DNA of 64,000 nt from the NCBI GenBank assembly GCA_963763775.1, contig CAVXPZ010000003.1, positions 512,001 through 576,000 of the forward strand, given 5' to 3'. The translations under genes were made by a program, and so were the position numbers. The DNA is from an uncultured Chloroflexia bacterium (GTDB taxonomy: Bacteria > Chloroflexota > Limnocylindria > Limnocylindrales > CSP1-4). The notes under the pieces were generated by a model that did not search any database, had not been told where the DNA came from, and saw only the letters and a list, made by a program, of their open reading frames with translations. Of the stretch, positions 17,764 through 29,095 are shown one piece after another (the stretch's first letter is position 1; the number at the start of each line of letters is the position of its first letter).

Positions 17764-18461
17764 GCGGCGGCCTCCAGGGCTGCGGGATAGTCGATCGCCC
17801 CCGAGAGGAGCGCCTCCCCGAGGATGACGCCGGCGACACCGGCGTCTCGGACTCGCCGGAGCGCGTCGAGATCTCGGACGCCACCGGCCATCAGGATGTC
17901 CGCATCGTACGACCGAACGAGCGATCGCACCCGGTCGAGGTCCGGATCGGCGCCGCCATGCGAGAGGACGAACCGCCCGACACCGGCCCCGACCAGCTCG
18001 GCGACCAGCGCGTCGACGGTCGGCGGGACCGCCCGTCGCCACGGGAAGGCCGCCAGTCGCTCGGGCCGCGGGTCCAGGCCGACGGCCAGCCAGTCGCCGG
18101 CGACCTCCAGGCACGCCCGCAGGTCATCCGGGCGGTCGGCGATGTCCGTGGTCAGCACGACGCGCGTCGCGCCGGCGGCGAACACGAGCCGGATCCCGTC
18201 GGCGGACTCGAGGCCGCCGGCCACCTGGAGCGGGACGGCGATCCGGGCTGCGATGGCCCCGATGACGTCGGTCGCCACGGGCGACCCGGCCCGGGCGCCG
18301 GCGAAGTCGACCAGATGGATGAGCCTGGCGCCCATCGCGACGAAGGTCTCCGCGATCCGGTCCGGGCGGTCCGTGGGTGCCCCGACGCCCGATGCCGCGC
18401 CGGGCCAGTACACCGTCCGCGACCGACCGTCCTCGAGGTCGATGGCCGGGATGACCAGCAC
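17760..18461 (-). CDS. HisA/HisF-related TIM-barrel protein (divergent)
   Basis: VIPAIDL, IHLVD, LQVAGG, AGGV, GVILGEAL; lacks the TDI.RDG loop. Confidence 0.75.
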   Translation of the reverse strand: MLVIPAIDLEDGRSRTVYWPGAASGVGAPTDRPDRIAETFVAMGARLIHLVDFAGARAGSPVATDVIGAIAARIAVPLQVAGGLESADGIRLVFAAGATRVVLTTDIADRPDDLRACLEVAGDWLAVGLDPRPERLAAFPWRRAVPPTVDALVAELVGAGVGRFVLSHGGADPDLDRVRSLVRSYDADILMAGGVRDLDALRRVRDAGVAGVILGEALLSGAIDYPAALEAAA

Positions 18462-18467
18462 GCCCGA

Positions 18468-20144
18468 TCAGCCCTCGCCCGCGAGGAGGCGGCGATGGAA
18501 GCTCACCGGCAGCGAGCCGTTGCGCAGGAGCGTGTCGTGGAAGCCCTTGAGCGAGAAGGCGTCGCCGAGACGGCGCTGCTCGTCCGCGCGGAGCGACAGC
18601 AGCAGGGTCCGCCCGAGCAGGTACGAGAGCGGGTACGTCGGCCGGTACGTGTACCAGCCCACCTCCGCGGCGGCGTTGCTGCGCTGGAACCCGGACTGCG
18701 CCACGAGGAAGTCGGTCGCCTCCTCCACGCCGATCTCGCCGCGATGCATCCGGACGTCCAGGATGATCCGGCAGGCGCGCCAGATGGCGTCCGTGTGGAG
18801 CATCACCCGGAAACGCGGGCCGTCGTCGAAGCCGTGCTCGCGGAGCATCAGCTCGCTGTACATCCCCCAGCCTTCCTCGAATTCGGCGGCGTCGGTGAGG
18901 AGCCGCGTCAGCGACGGGTTCCGCCGGGCCGCGTCGAGCTGCAGGTGGTGGCCGGGGTAGGCCTCGTGGATGCTCGTGTTGCTGATCGAGGCCCAGTTGT
19001 GCTCGCGCATGGCCGCCGGGTCCCCGCCGACGGACGGCGTGACCACGTAGATCCCCTTCGGGTCCGGGTCGAACGGGGCCGGGGAGAAGTACGCGGCGAA
19101 GGGGAGCACCTCGCGCAGGTACTCGGGCGTCTCGATGACGTCGATCCGCTCGTCCGACGGGACCGTGACGAGGTCGCGGTCGATGAGGTGCTGGCGCGCT
19201 CGGACCATCGCCGTCCGATATCCCTCGAGCGCGCCCGCGAAGTCGGCCGGGCCGTCGGCCTTGATCGAGGCGAGGACCGTCGCCTCGTCGGCGTCCGGGT
19301 CCACCTCGCGCGCGGCCGCGACCCGGGCGGCCTTCTCCTCGGCCAGCTTCGACCAGCCGAGCTCGAGGATGTCGTCCGCGTCGAGGCCGTCGAAGGCGCG
19401 ATGGGCGACGAGGGCGTCGTGGCGCTCGCGCCCGATCGCCCAGTCGTCGGTGCCGTCCACGAGGGTGTCGTCGAGCCACGCGGCGTACATCTCGAGGGCG
19501 ACCTTGGCCGAGTCGGCGGCCCGGGTCAGCCGGCGCGCGTCGGCGGGGGCCAGCACCCCCTCGCCGGCCGCGATCATCTCGTCGAAGAGCCCCGGCAATT
19601 CCGCGGCCGTGGTGAGCTCCATCTTCTGCCAGATCCGTGTCTGGGGGACCGTGGCGCGGGTCTTCGACGCTTCGAGGAAGGCCGGGACGTCCTCCAGTCG
19701 GCCCGCGACCGCGTCCAGCCGCTCGGCGAGCGGCGCGTGGTCCCGCGTGAACAGCAGGAACAGGCCGTCCCCGAGCCCGTCGAGCGCGAAGGAGCGTCGT
19801 TCCCAGAGGCGCAGGACCTCCGTGTCGAAGATCGCCCGGCGGACGTTGTGGATCTCGAGTTCGCGGTCGAAGCGGGCGCCCGGGGAGAGGTCCGCGGGGC
19901 GCAGCGCCTCGATCGTCGAGAGGTGTGCCTGCTCGTCGGCGAGCTCGGCCAGGACCTGCTCACGGCTCGCGTCCCCGAGGCGGTCGTCGCCGTCGTGCAG
20001 GCCCAGCCACGTCCCGACGATCGGGTTGTCGCGGACGATGCGCCGGAAGCGTGCCTCGACGAGATCGTGGAACCGCGTATCAGCGGGTCCTGCCGGGTCG
20101 GGTCGGGGCAACGGTCGGTCGTCGATCAGTCGGGCGTGGGTCAC
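18468..20144 (-). CDS. DUF885 family protein (zincin-like)
   Basis: HEAYPGHHLQ, EEGWGMYSE, WRACRIILD..MH, PLSYLLG. Confidence 0.92.
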   Translation of the reverse strand: MTHARLIDDRPLPRPDPAGPADTRFHDLVEARFRRIVRDNPIVGTWLGLHDGDDRLGDASREQVLAELADEQAHLSTIEALRPADLSPGARFDRELEIHNVRRAIFDTEVLRLWERRSFALDGLGDGLFLLFTRDHAPLAERLDAVAGRLEDVPAFLEASKTRATVPQTRIWQKMELTTAAELPGLFDEMIAAGEGVLAPADARRLTRAADSAKVALEMYAAWLDDTLVDGTDDWAIGRERHDALVAHRAFDGLDADDILELGWSKLAEEKAARVAAAREVDPDADEATVLASIKADGPADFAGALEGYRTAMVRARQHLIDRDLVTVPSDERIDVIETPEYLREVLPFAAYFSPAPFDPDPKGIYVVTPSVGGDPAAMREHNWASISNTSIHEAYPGHHLQLDAARRNPSLTRLLTDAAEFEEGWGMYSELMLREHGFDDGPRFRVMLHTDAIWRACRIILDVRMHRGEIGVEEATDFLVAQSGFQRSNAAAEVGWYTYRPTYPLSYLLGRTLLLSLRADEQRRLGDAFSLKGFHDTLLRNGSLPVSFHRRLLAGEG

Positions 20145-20259
20145 GTCGGTCCTCTCTGGGCGCCGCGCGCGCCCTTGACGCGGCGGGGGTCGGGCAGGTC
20201 GGGGTCGGGCGCTGTCCGCTCGGTGGCCGGGCGAGTATCCCGCCCGCCGCTCGTGCCGG

Positions 20260-21393
<1,134 letters not shown>

Positions 21394-21503
21394 GGGGGCC
21401 GAGTATACGGTGAGGCTCCGGCGCTCGGACGGCGGCCGCCGCTCGGACGCCGGACCCGGCGACAGACCCGGATGCACCTGCTATGCTCCGCCATCGCCGC
21501 ACT

Positions 21504-21580
21504 GGACCCGTGGTGTAGCGGCCCAACATGCCAGCCTGTCACGCTGGAGATCGCCGGTTCGAATCCGGTCGGGTCCGCCA
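21504..21580 (+). tRNA. tRNA-Asp(GTC)
   Basis: GGACCCG...CCAGC-CTGTCAC-GCTGG...GGTTCGAATCC..CGGGTCCGCCA, 77 nt. Confidence 0.97.
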
Positions 21581-21595
21581 TCGACGCTTTTCCCT

Positions 21596-21632
21596 ACGCC
21601 CCGTCCGCCCGCCCGGACGGGGCGTTCCTTTT
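21596..21632 (+). terminator. intrinsic terminator after tRNA-Asp
   Basis: ACGCCCCGTCCG/CGGACGGGGCGT stem followed by TCCTTTT. Confidence 0.8.
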
Positions 21633-21656
21633 CCCGCCGCTGGTACGATCGCTCCC

Positions 21657-23312
21657 GTGACCCGACGCCCGGCCATCGTCGTCCTGTGCCTGATCGCCCT
21701 TGCCATCGCCGTGCCCGTGACCGGCGGCGAGCTCGGCTTCGGGAAGGCCAGCCCCTCGCCCGCCGCCGTCGGCGGCGCGAGCTCGCCTGGCACGTCCGAC
21801 GCCCCGCCCACCCTTCCGTCGTCAGGTTCCACGGGCAGCGGCACGACGCCGGACCCGACGCCCACGCCGACGCCCGGAGCGGTGACCGCCGCAGACGGCG
21901 AGCCGGCGGACGTCCCCATCGTGCCGGTGACGCAGTTCCGAACCACCCGGACCGCCGCGACGATCAACGAGGTCAAGGCCGCGCTCGCCGGCACGTCGTC
22001 GCGCTACGCGGCGCTCGAACTCGTCGCGAGCGAGGCCGATGCCGTGCTGGCCGCGCTCGGCGTCGACCGTCCGAAGGCCGCGGCGCGGCTCGTGGAGGCC
22101 AAGGACGCGGCGACGCTCCAGAAGGACCTCGCGAAGCATCGCGACCGGCTGGGGTTCGTCCGCGCCGATGCGGTCGGCCCGGGCGTGCGTGCCCTGAGCT
22201 GGCGCGGCAAGACGCTGTTCGGGAACGACCGGGTCACGTCGCTCGCGGCGTGGCCGCTGACCGCGACGCTGCCCGCGGCGTCGGCGAAGACGGCCTTCGA
22301 CCCTTCGGCCACCTGGACCCTCGTGGCCGGCGGCGACATCATGCTCGACCGCGGCGTCTACGAGCAGCTCCGGGTCAAGGGCAAGGGCGCGAACTTCCCG
22401 TTCGACGGCGGAACGGCCGAGATCACGAGCCGCTACTGCTGCTCCGCGTTCGGCTGGAAGGTCCCGCGGACGAAGCGCACCGGCGACAAGGGCGCGATGC
22501 GGGCACTCATCAAGGGCGCCGACATCGCCCTGGCCAACTTCGAGAACCCCGCCCCGAACCGGTTCACCTGGCACAAGAGCGGCACGATCTTCTCGGCCGA
22601 CCCGACGCTCATCGACGGCATCAAGAACGCCGGCTTCGACGTCATGGGCACCGCCAACAATCACATCCGCGACCAGGGCGGGGCCGGCCTCCTGCAGACG
22701 CTCCAGAACCTGCACAAGCGCGGGCTCAAGACCGCCGGGTCGGGCAAGAACCTCGCGGCCGCGCGGAAGCCCGCGATCATCGAGACGCACGGCGTCAAGG
22801 TCGCGATCCTCGCGTACGACGCGATCGCCGCGTCGTACCACGCGACGGCGTCCAGGATCGGGAGCGCCCCGATGACGGCGAAGGTCGTCATCGCCGATGT
22901 CAAGAAGGCCAAGGCCGACGGCGCGGACGTCGTCATCGTGTTCCCGCACTGGGGCACCGAGTACCACGCGAAGCCGAACCCAGGGCAGGTCACGCTCGCC
23001 CATCGGATCCTGGACGCGGGCGCCGACATGATCATCGGCAACCACCCGCACTGGACGCAGGCGATGGAGGTCTACAAGGGCAAGCCGATCTGGTACGCGC
23101 TCGGCAACCTCGTCTTCGACCAGACCTGGTCGGAGGAGACGATGGAGGGCATGACGCTCGAGTTGACCTTCGACGGCTCGAAGCTCGACCAGGTCCGCAT
23201 CCGGCCGCATGTCCTGCTCGACAAGTCGCAGTCGAACTTCCTCGACCCGGCCGGTTCCGGCAAGATCGTCATGGACCGAGTCTTCAAGAACTCGACCCAG
23301 CTGCCCTGGTAG
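21657..23312 (+). CDS. CapA/PGA_cap-family metallophosphoesterase, secreted
   Basis: Signal/TM segment, Pro/Thr linker, [29 protein letters not shown]. Confidence 0.88.
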   Translation: MTRRPAIVVLCLIALAIAVPVTGGELGFGKASPSPAAVGGASSPGTSDAPPTLPSSGSTGSGTTPDPTPTPTPGAVTAADGEPADVPIVPVTQFRTTRTAATINEVKAALAGTSSRYAALELVASEADAVLAALGVDRPKAAARLVEAKDAATLQKDLAKHRDRLGFVRADAVGPGVRALSWRGKTLFGNDRVTSLAAWPLTATLPAASAKTAFDPSATWTLVAGGDIMLDRGVYEQLRVKGKGANFPFDGGTAEITSRYCCSAFGWKVPRTKRTGDKGAMRALIKGADIALANFENPAPNRFTWHKSGTIFSADPTLIDGIKNAGFDVMGTANNHIRDQGGAGLLQTLQNLHKRGLKTAGSGKNLAAARKPAIIETHGVKVAILAYDAIAASYHATASRIGSAPMTAKVVIADVKKAKADGADVVIVFPHWGTEYHAKPNPGQVTLAHRILDAGADMIIGNHPHWTQAMEVYKGKPIWYALGNLVFDQTWSEETMEGMTLELTFDGSKLDQVRIRPHVLLDKSQSNFLDPAGSGKIVMDRVFKNSTQLPW

Positions 23313-23649
23313 GCGCCGGTCGGGCGCTGACGCGCCGGGCGGGGCCGAATGCCGTTCACCCGGCCATCCTGGCCTGATCCGCGCCCGCTCACGGGCTGTT
23401 CGATCGGCGCCTAAGACTCACGTTCTTACCCTCGGCCTATCGGACGGCAATTCGCGCCCGACATCCTCGCGATCGGCGTGCCCTGACGAGGCGTCCGCAT
23501 CTGTACGAGCTCGGCCGCGTTCGCTTTCGCCGGCCGCGAGGTCGGATGGGAGCGTCATACCCGCGATGTAAGACTGGGAGTCCTGCGGTGCGCGCCAGCG
23601 CGGGTCCGCGGGCCGTTTCGCATCGGGCCTGCCGTGACGGCGTCAGCCG

Positions 23650-24612
23650 CTACACGATCCCGGCGAACAGATCGGTCTCGGGAAGGGTCGTCTCGACGCG
23701 GGACTCGCGCAGGATGTACGCCTCCTGCGCCCAGCTCTCCCGCCAGCCGTCGACGCCCATGAGCATGAACGGGCTCTGATCGCTGATCTGCGTGACGTGC
23801 TCGTGGATCGCCCGCCACTTGCGGTCGATCGGGTCGCCCGAGATGTCGAGCCAGGTCGTGATGCGCTCGTCGGGGACGAGCATCTTCGCCGCGAAGGCCT
23901 CGAACTCGGCGATCTGCTCCGGCGTGGCGTCCTCGGGCGGCTCCCAGAACGACTTCTGGCCGAGCTCCTTGAGCCGCTCGGCCATCTTGGCGCGGACCGA
24001 GGCAGGGATCGCCTGCTCGTAGAGTTTCGAGGGCGTCCAGACCTCGACGCCGCCATCCGCGAGCTGCTCGGGATACCACGCCGGGTCGCCGGCGCGGTCG
24101 AAGGCGCGGATCGACACGTCGTGGACGCGGATGTGGTCCGGGTGCCCGTAGCCGCCGAAGTCGTTGTAGGTCGTCATGACGTCGGGCTGGTAGCGACGGA
24201 CGAGCCACGTCAACCGGCCGGCGGCCGCATCGATGTCCGCCGTCCAGAAGTTGCGCGGGTCGAGGTTCCCCGGCCGGCCCATCATGTCGCTGTCGCGATA
24301 GCCGAGGTTCTCCCACTCGGTCACGCCAAGCACGGCCATCGCCCGCTCGAGCTCGACCGCGCGCAACTCGCCCAGGCGGCGATGGTTCTCGGGCGTGTCC
24401 ATCTCGGGCACGACGATCTCGCCCTGCTCGCCGCGCGTGCCGGTGACGAGGACGACCCGGTGCCCGTCGGCGACGGCCTTCGCCATCGCGCCACCCGTGC
24501 CGATGGTCTCGTCGTCGGGGTGGGCGTGGACCGTCATCAGCGTCGGCCGATGGGGGGTGGGCTCGGGGTCGTCCGCCTCTGAGTCGTTGCCGGTGGTTGC
24601 GTCGTCGATCAT
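23650..24612 (-). CDS. PIG-L family deacetylase (MshB/Mca-like)
   Basis: VHAHPDDE, TRGEQGE, LGYRDS, GGYGHPDHI, ETDLFAG. Confidence 0.9.
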   Translation of the reverse strand: MIDDATTGNDSEADDPEPTPHRPTLMTVHAHPDDETIGTGGAMAKAVADGHRVVLVTGTRGEQGEIVVPEMDTPENHRRLGELRAVELERAMAVLGVTEWENLGYRDSDMMGRPGNLDPRNFWTADIDAAAGRLTWLVRRYQPDVMTTYNDFGGYGHPDHIRVHDVSIRAFDRAGDPAWYPEQLADGGVEVWTPSKLYEQAIPASVRAKMAERLKELGQKSFWEPPEDATPEQIAEFEAFAAKMLVPDERITTWLDISGDPIDRKWRAIHEHVTQISDQSPFMLMGVDGWRESWAQEAYILRESRVETTLPETDLFAGIV

Positions 24613-24679
24613 CGGTGGATGCTACCGCGGCTCGCCGATGATCACCGGACTCGTCCGACCGGGCGCTACCATCGCGCCC

Positions 24680-26020
24680 ATGCCGTGGCCCGCCCCCACC
24701 GAACCGAGCGCGCCGCCTCCGACGGGCCCGCTGGCCGGGCTGCGCGTCGTCGACTGTTCGACGGTCCTCGCCGGCCCGTATTGCACGATGCTCCTCGGCG
24801 ACCTGGGCGCCGACGTCGTCAAGGTCGAGCCGCCGGAGGGCGACGCGACGCGCGGCTGGGGCCCGCCGTGGGTCGGTGGCGACGGGAGCACGGACGGGGA
24901 CGCCGACACGGACGGGGACGCCGGCACGGACGGGGAGCGCACGGCGGCCTACTACCTCGCGATCAACCGGAACAAGCGCAGCATCCGGCTCGACCTGCGG
25001 CAGGCGCGGGGTGCCGAGGTCCTCCGCCGGCTGCTCGTCGACGCCGACGTCCTGGTGGAGAACTTCCGGGTTGGTGGCTTCGCGCGTCTCGGGTTCGACG
25101 ACGCGACCCTCGAGGCGCTGAACCCGCGCCTCGTCCACCTCGCCATCTCCGGCTATGGGCCGGACGGGCCGGCGGCCACGCGACCCGGCTACGACTTCGT
25201 GGTGCAGGCCGCGAGCGGACTGATGAGCATCACCGGGGGCGCCGACGAGGACGGCGGGGCGCCGACCAAGGTGGGCGTCGCCATCAGCGACGTGGTCACC
25301 GGGATGCTGGGCGCGGTCAGCGTCCTGGCCGCGCTCCTCGGGCGTGCCGGGGAGACCGGCGGATCGCCCGCGAGCACCCAGGCCGCGTCCGACGCCGCGG
25401 CGGGTCGCGGCCAGCGGATCGACGTGTCGCTGCTCGGCTCGACGCTGGCCTCGCTCGTCAACCAGGCCCAGAACGCGTTCGTGACCGGGGCGGCGCCCGG
25501 CCGCCGAGGCAACGCCCACCCGAACATCGTGCCGTACGAGACGTTCGAGACCGCCGACGGCGCGATCGCGGTCGCGGTCGGCTCGGCGTCGCAGTGGCCG
25601 CGTTTCTGTGCGGCCCTCGGGCTGCCGGCGTTGGCCACGGACGCCCGGTTCGCCACGAACGGCGACCGCGTCGACGGGCGCGGCGTCCTGCGGCCGATCC
25701 TGGCCGAGCGGTTCCTGGAGCGCGATTCGGCGTCCTGGCTGGCCGCACTCGAGGCGGCCGACGTGCCGTGCGGACCGATCCGCGACATCGCGCAGGCGTT
25801 CGCGTCGCCGGAGGCCGTGGCGCTCGGGATGACGGTCGAGATGACGCACCCGGCATGGGGTGCGATCCGCCAGGTCGGCGTCCCGTTCCGGTTCGCCGCG
25901 ACCCCGGCCTCGATCCGCCTGCCACCGCCGCCGCTCGGCGCCGACACGGATGCCGTGCTCACCGGTCTGGGCTACGCCCGCCAGGACATCGACGCCCTGC
26001 GCCGCGATTCGGTGATCTGA
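24680..26020 (+). CDS. CaiB/BaiF class III CoA-transferase
   Basis: PLAGLRVVD, LAGP, DVVKVEPP, NRNKRS, DVLVENFR. Confidence 0.92.
   Translation: MPWPAPTEPSAPPPTGPLAGLRVVDCSTVLAGPYCTMLLGDLGADVVKVEPPEGDATRGWGPPWVGGDGSTDGDADTDGDAGTDGERTAAYYLAINRNKRSIRLDLRQARGAEVLRRLLVDADVLVENFRVGGFARLGFDDATLEALNPRLVHLAISGYGPDGPAATRPGYDFVVQAASGLMSITGGADEDGGAPTKVGVAISDVVTGMLGAVSVLAALLGRAGETGGSPASTQAASDAAAGRGQRIDVSLLGSTLASLVNQAQNAFVTGAAPGRRGNAHPNIVPYETFETADGAIAVAVGSASQWPRFCAALGLPALATDARFATNGDRVDGRGVLRPILAERFLERDSASWLAALEAADVPCGPIRDIAQAFASPEAVALGMTVEMTHPAWGAIRQVGVPFRFAATPASIRLPPPPLGADTDAVLTGLGYARQDIDALRRDSVI
24889..24936 (+). repeat. 18-bp in-frame tandem repeat (about 2.7 copies, CACGGACGGGGACGCCGR)
   Basis: Encodes TDGDAD-TDGDAG-TDG inside the CoA transferase. 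Confidence 0.75.
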
Positions 26021-26031
26021 CCGCCCGGCTG

Positions 26032-26803
26032 CTAGAGCTCCTGGCGCCGGAACGACCACGCCGCCGCCCCGAGGGCGAGCCCGATGAGCACGAGCGTCGA
26101 GACGACCGGGACCAGGACGTCGCCGACGTCCACGGATGCGCCGGTCGCGAGCGCGATCGCCGGGGCCGCGAGGCCGCCGGGGGTGTACGGCGCGACGCTC
26201 GGGATCGCCGAGACGATCGACAGGACGAGCAGCGCCATGAACCCGATGCCGGCAGCCGCGGCCGTCGAGCCGGTCACGGTGCTGCCGAGGAACGTGATCG
26301 CGGCCCACGCGCCGAGGCTCAGCCAGCCCAGGATCGCCAGCCCGACCCACCCCGCGACGGACGGCGGCTCGAACAGGATCGCGGTGTAGATCCAGCCGAC
26401 GACCACCGCGAGGATCGTCGAGACGCCGAGCACGAGCGCGATCGCGACGACCTTGGCGCCGAGGAACCCGCCTCGCGACGCCGTCTTCGAGAGGACGAAC
26501 GCCGCGGTCCCACGGTCCTTCTCACCGGCGACCGACCCCATGGCGAGGATGATCGCGGCGAACGCGCCGAACTGGGCCAGATTCTTCCAGAGCTGGTCGA
26601 CCGCGTCGACGGGGGTCGGCGTCGGGATCGCGAGTGCCCCGAGCTGGTCGCCGCCGGCCGCCTTGAGGATCTCCGGCAGGTACTTGGCCAGCAGCGGCGA
26701 GCTCAGTCCCACGAACAGGAATAGGCCCGCGACGACCGGCAGCCGATACGTCCGCCACGATTTCGAGCAGCTCCTTGCGCAGGAGCACGGCGAGGCCGGC
26801 CAT
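26032..26803 (-). CDS. ABC-2 type permease (frameshift near 26760)
   Basis: MAGLAVLLRKELLE start; GEKDRGTAAFVLSK; ends FRRQEL. Confidence 0.85.
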
Positions 26804-27753
26804 CACGCTGCCCGCCCGACGAGCCGGAGGAACACGTCCTCGAGCGACGGCCGGACGCGCTCGTAGGCCGCCAGCCTGACCCCGGTCTCGACCACGATGG
26901 GCAGGAGGCCTTCGGCCGCCAGCCCCGCATCCGAGACCGACACCATCAGCCCGCTCTCGCTCTCGGTGACACGATCGATCCACGGCGTGGCGCGGAGCCG
27001 CTCGGTCAGCGCCGCCACCCCGGCGGCCTGCCCCGGCTCGGGGTCCAGCCGGTAGAGGGGGAGGGCGTAGCGCGCGAGCAGCTCGTCCAGCGGACCCTCG
27101 GTGACGAGCCGGCCGTGATCGAGGATCCCGACTCGGTCGCAGATCCGTTCGACGTCCGACAGCACGTGCGTCGAGAAGATGATCGTCGACCGCTCGCGGA
27201 GGTCCGCGATGAGCGCCAGCAGGTCGCGCCGACCCTCGGGGTCCAGTGAGCTGACCGGCTCGTCGAGGATGAGCAGGCTGGGCTCGGAGACGAGGGCCTG
27301 CGCGATCCCGAGTCGCTGCCGCATCCCGCCCGAGTACCCGCCGATCCGGCGGTCGCCGGCGTCGGCCAGGCCGACACGTTCGAGCGAGGACGTCGCGCGC
27401 CGGCTCGCCTCGGCTGCCGCGAGGCCCTGCAGGCGGCCCGCCAGCACGACGAGCTCGCGCCCGGTCATCCAGGCGTAGTACCGCGGGTCCTGGTCGAGCA
27501 CGCCGATCGACCGACGGGTGCCAGGGTCGCGCGGGTCCACCCGGACGCCGTCGATCGTGGCCGCGCCATCGGTCGGCGTGGCGAGGCCGGTGAGGAGCCG
27601 AAGGGTCGTGGTCTTGCCGGCGCCGTTGGGCCCGAGCAGGCCGAACACGGACCCGGCCGGGACGTCGAGGTCCAGGCCGTCGACGGCGAGGACGCCCGCC
27701 CGCCCGCCGAACCGCTTCGTCAGGCCGCGGCAGGTCACCGCCACGCCGCTCAT
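26803..27753 (-). CDS. ABC transporter ATP-binding protein
   Basis: GPNGAGKT, YSGGMRQR, LDEP, STH. Confidence 0.93.
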   Translation of the reverse strand: MSGVAVTCRGLTKRFGGRAGVLAVDGLDLDVPAGSVFGLLGPNGAGKTTTLRLLTGLATPTDGAATIDGVRVDPRDPGTRRSIGVLDQDPRYYAWMTGRELVVLAGRLQGLAAAEASRRATSSLERVGLADAGDRRIGGYSGGMRQRLGIAQALVSEPSLLILDEPVSSLDPEGRRDLLALIADLRERSTIIFSTHVLSDVERICDRVGILDHGRLVTEGPLDELLARYALPLYRLDPEPGQAAGVAALTERLRATPWIDRVTESESGLMVSVSDAGLAAEGLLPIVVETGVRLAAYERVRPSLEDVFLRLVGRAA

Positions 27754-27763
27754 CGACCGCGCC

Positions 27764-27964
27764 TCACCGCTCGTCGCGCCCCACGACCAGGTAGAGGATC
27801 GGCCCGACCATGCTGACGAGGCAGATGATCAGCCCCCACATCAGCTTGCTGTCGCCGCGGACCTTGCGCTCCGGGCGGATGAGGTCGCGCAGCGCGAAGA
27901 GCAGCAGCCCGATCTCGATGACGATCAGCGGGAGCAGCAGCAGGATCAGGGTCGAGTCGGTCAT
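27764..27964 (-). CDS. PLDc_N domain small membrane protein
   Basis: Two TM helices; K..W.LII...GPILYL..GR pattern. Confidence 0.8.
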   Translation of the reverse strand: MTDSTLILLLLPLIVIEIGLLLFALRDLIRPERKVRGDSKLMWGLIICLVSMVGPILYLVVGRDER

Positions 27965-28257
27965 GGCTGGCACTTTCCCGGGTCGGACTTCCAGACCCGA
28001 TATGGATGGACGGACGGCATGACGGCGAGCAGCACCACGATGGCACCGACGATGGCCACGAACAGGGCCTCCGGACCCTCTCGGAGTGGGCCGAGCAGCA
28101 CGAAGACGATGTCACGTTGAGCGGGGGTCCGGTCCGTCGTCAAGCCGCTGGGATGCCTGCATCGATGCATGGACCGCGGTCGAGTCCGACGGCCTCGCTG
28201 CTAGACTCGGCCCACTTCGACCGACCGCGAGCCGCGACCACCCTGGAGGCGACCCCG

Positions 28258-29079
28258 ATGACCGACGACCGCGAGCGCTGGGCGCTGATCCTGGGCGCCT
28301 CGTCCGGGATGGGGGAGGCGACCGCCATCACGCTCGCGAAGGCCGGCTACAACATCGCCGGCATCCACCTCGACTTCCGGGCGGCGCTCGCCCACGTCGA
28401 GGAGGTCAAGGCAGCGATCGAGGCGGCGGGCTCCGAGGCCATCTACATCAACATGAACGCGGCCGACGACGAGAAGCGGGCGGCGGCGCTCGAGAGGCTC
28501 CGCGAACGGTTCGAGCGGTCGCGCGCGGCGGGCCGCGAGCCGTACGTCCGTGTCGTGATGCACTCCCTCGCGTTCGGGTCGCTGGTCCCGTTCCTCAGCG
28601 AGGACCCCAAGGGCGGCGTCGACCGCAAGAAGATGGAGATGACCCAGGACGTCATGGCGAACAGCCTCGTCTACTGGGTGCAGGACCTCTGGCGCGGCGG
28701 GTTCCTCGGGCAGGGCTCGAAGATCTACGCCATGACGTCCGAAGGCTCGACCCGTGTCGTGCCGTCCTATGGCGTCGTGTCATCCGCGAAGGCCGCGCTC
28801 GAGTCGCACATCCGTCAGCTGGCGATGGAGCTCGCGCGCCAGGGGACCGGTGCGACGGCGAACTGCATCCGGGCCGGGGTCACGATCACGCCCGCGCTCC
28901 TCAAGATCCCGGAGTCGCAGACCATGATCGACATCACGATGAAGCGGAATCCGACCGGCCGCATGACGACGCCCCAGGACGTGGCGAACGCGATCCTCGC
29001 CCTGTCCGGCGAGGGGACCGACTTCATCAACGGCGACATCATCAGCGTCGACGGCGGCGAATTCGTCACGGGGTCCTGA
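28258..29079 (+). CDS. SDR oxidoreductase, enoyl-ACP reductase (FabL/FabI)-like
   Basis: GASSGMG, Y-x6-K (YGVVSSAK), GRMTTPQDVA, VDGG; GGAGG RBS. Confidence 0.85.
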   Translation: MTDDRERWALILGASSGMGEATAITLAKAGYNIAGIHLDFRAALAHVEEVKAAIEAAGSEAIYINMNAADDEKRAAALERLRERFERSRAAGREPYVRVVMHSLAFGSLVPFLSEDPKGGVDRKKMEMTQDVMANSLVYWVQDLWRGGFLGQGSKIYAMTSEGSTRVVPSYGVVSSAKAALESHIRQLAMELARQGTGATANCIRAGVTITPALLKIPESQTMIDITMKRNPTGRMTTPQDVANAILALSGEGTDFINGDIISVDGGEFVTGS

Positions 29080-29095
29080 TGGGAGCGACCGCGCG

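Noticed and set aside
21504-21580. tRNA-Asp as a second integration site
   Set aside because: No duplicate of its 3' end was seen; it has its own terminator and ordinary flanking genes.
27961-28170. 69-aa minus-strand ORF upstream of the PLDc_N gene
   Set aside because: One hydrophobic stretch but no clear start, RBS or family motif; too weak to call.
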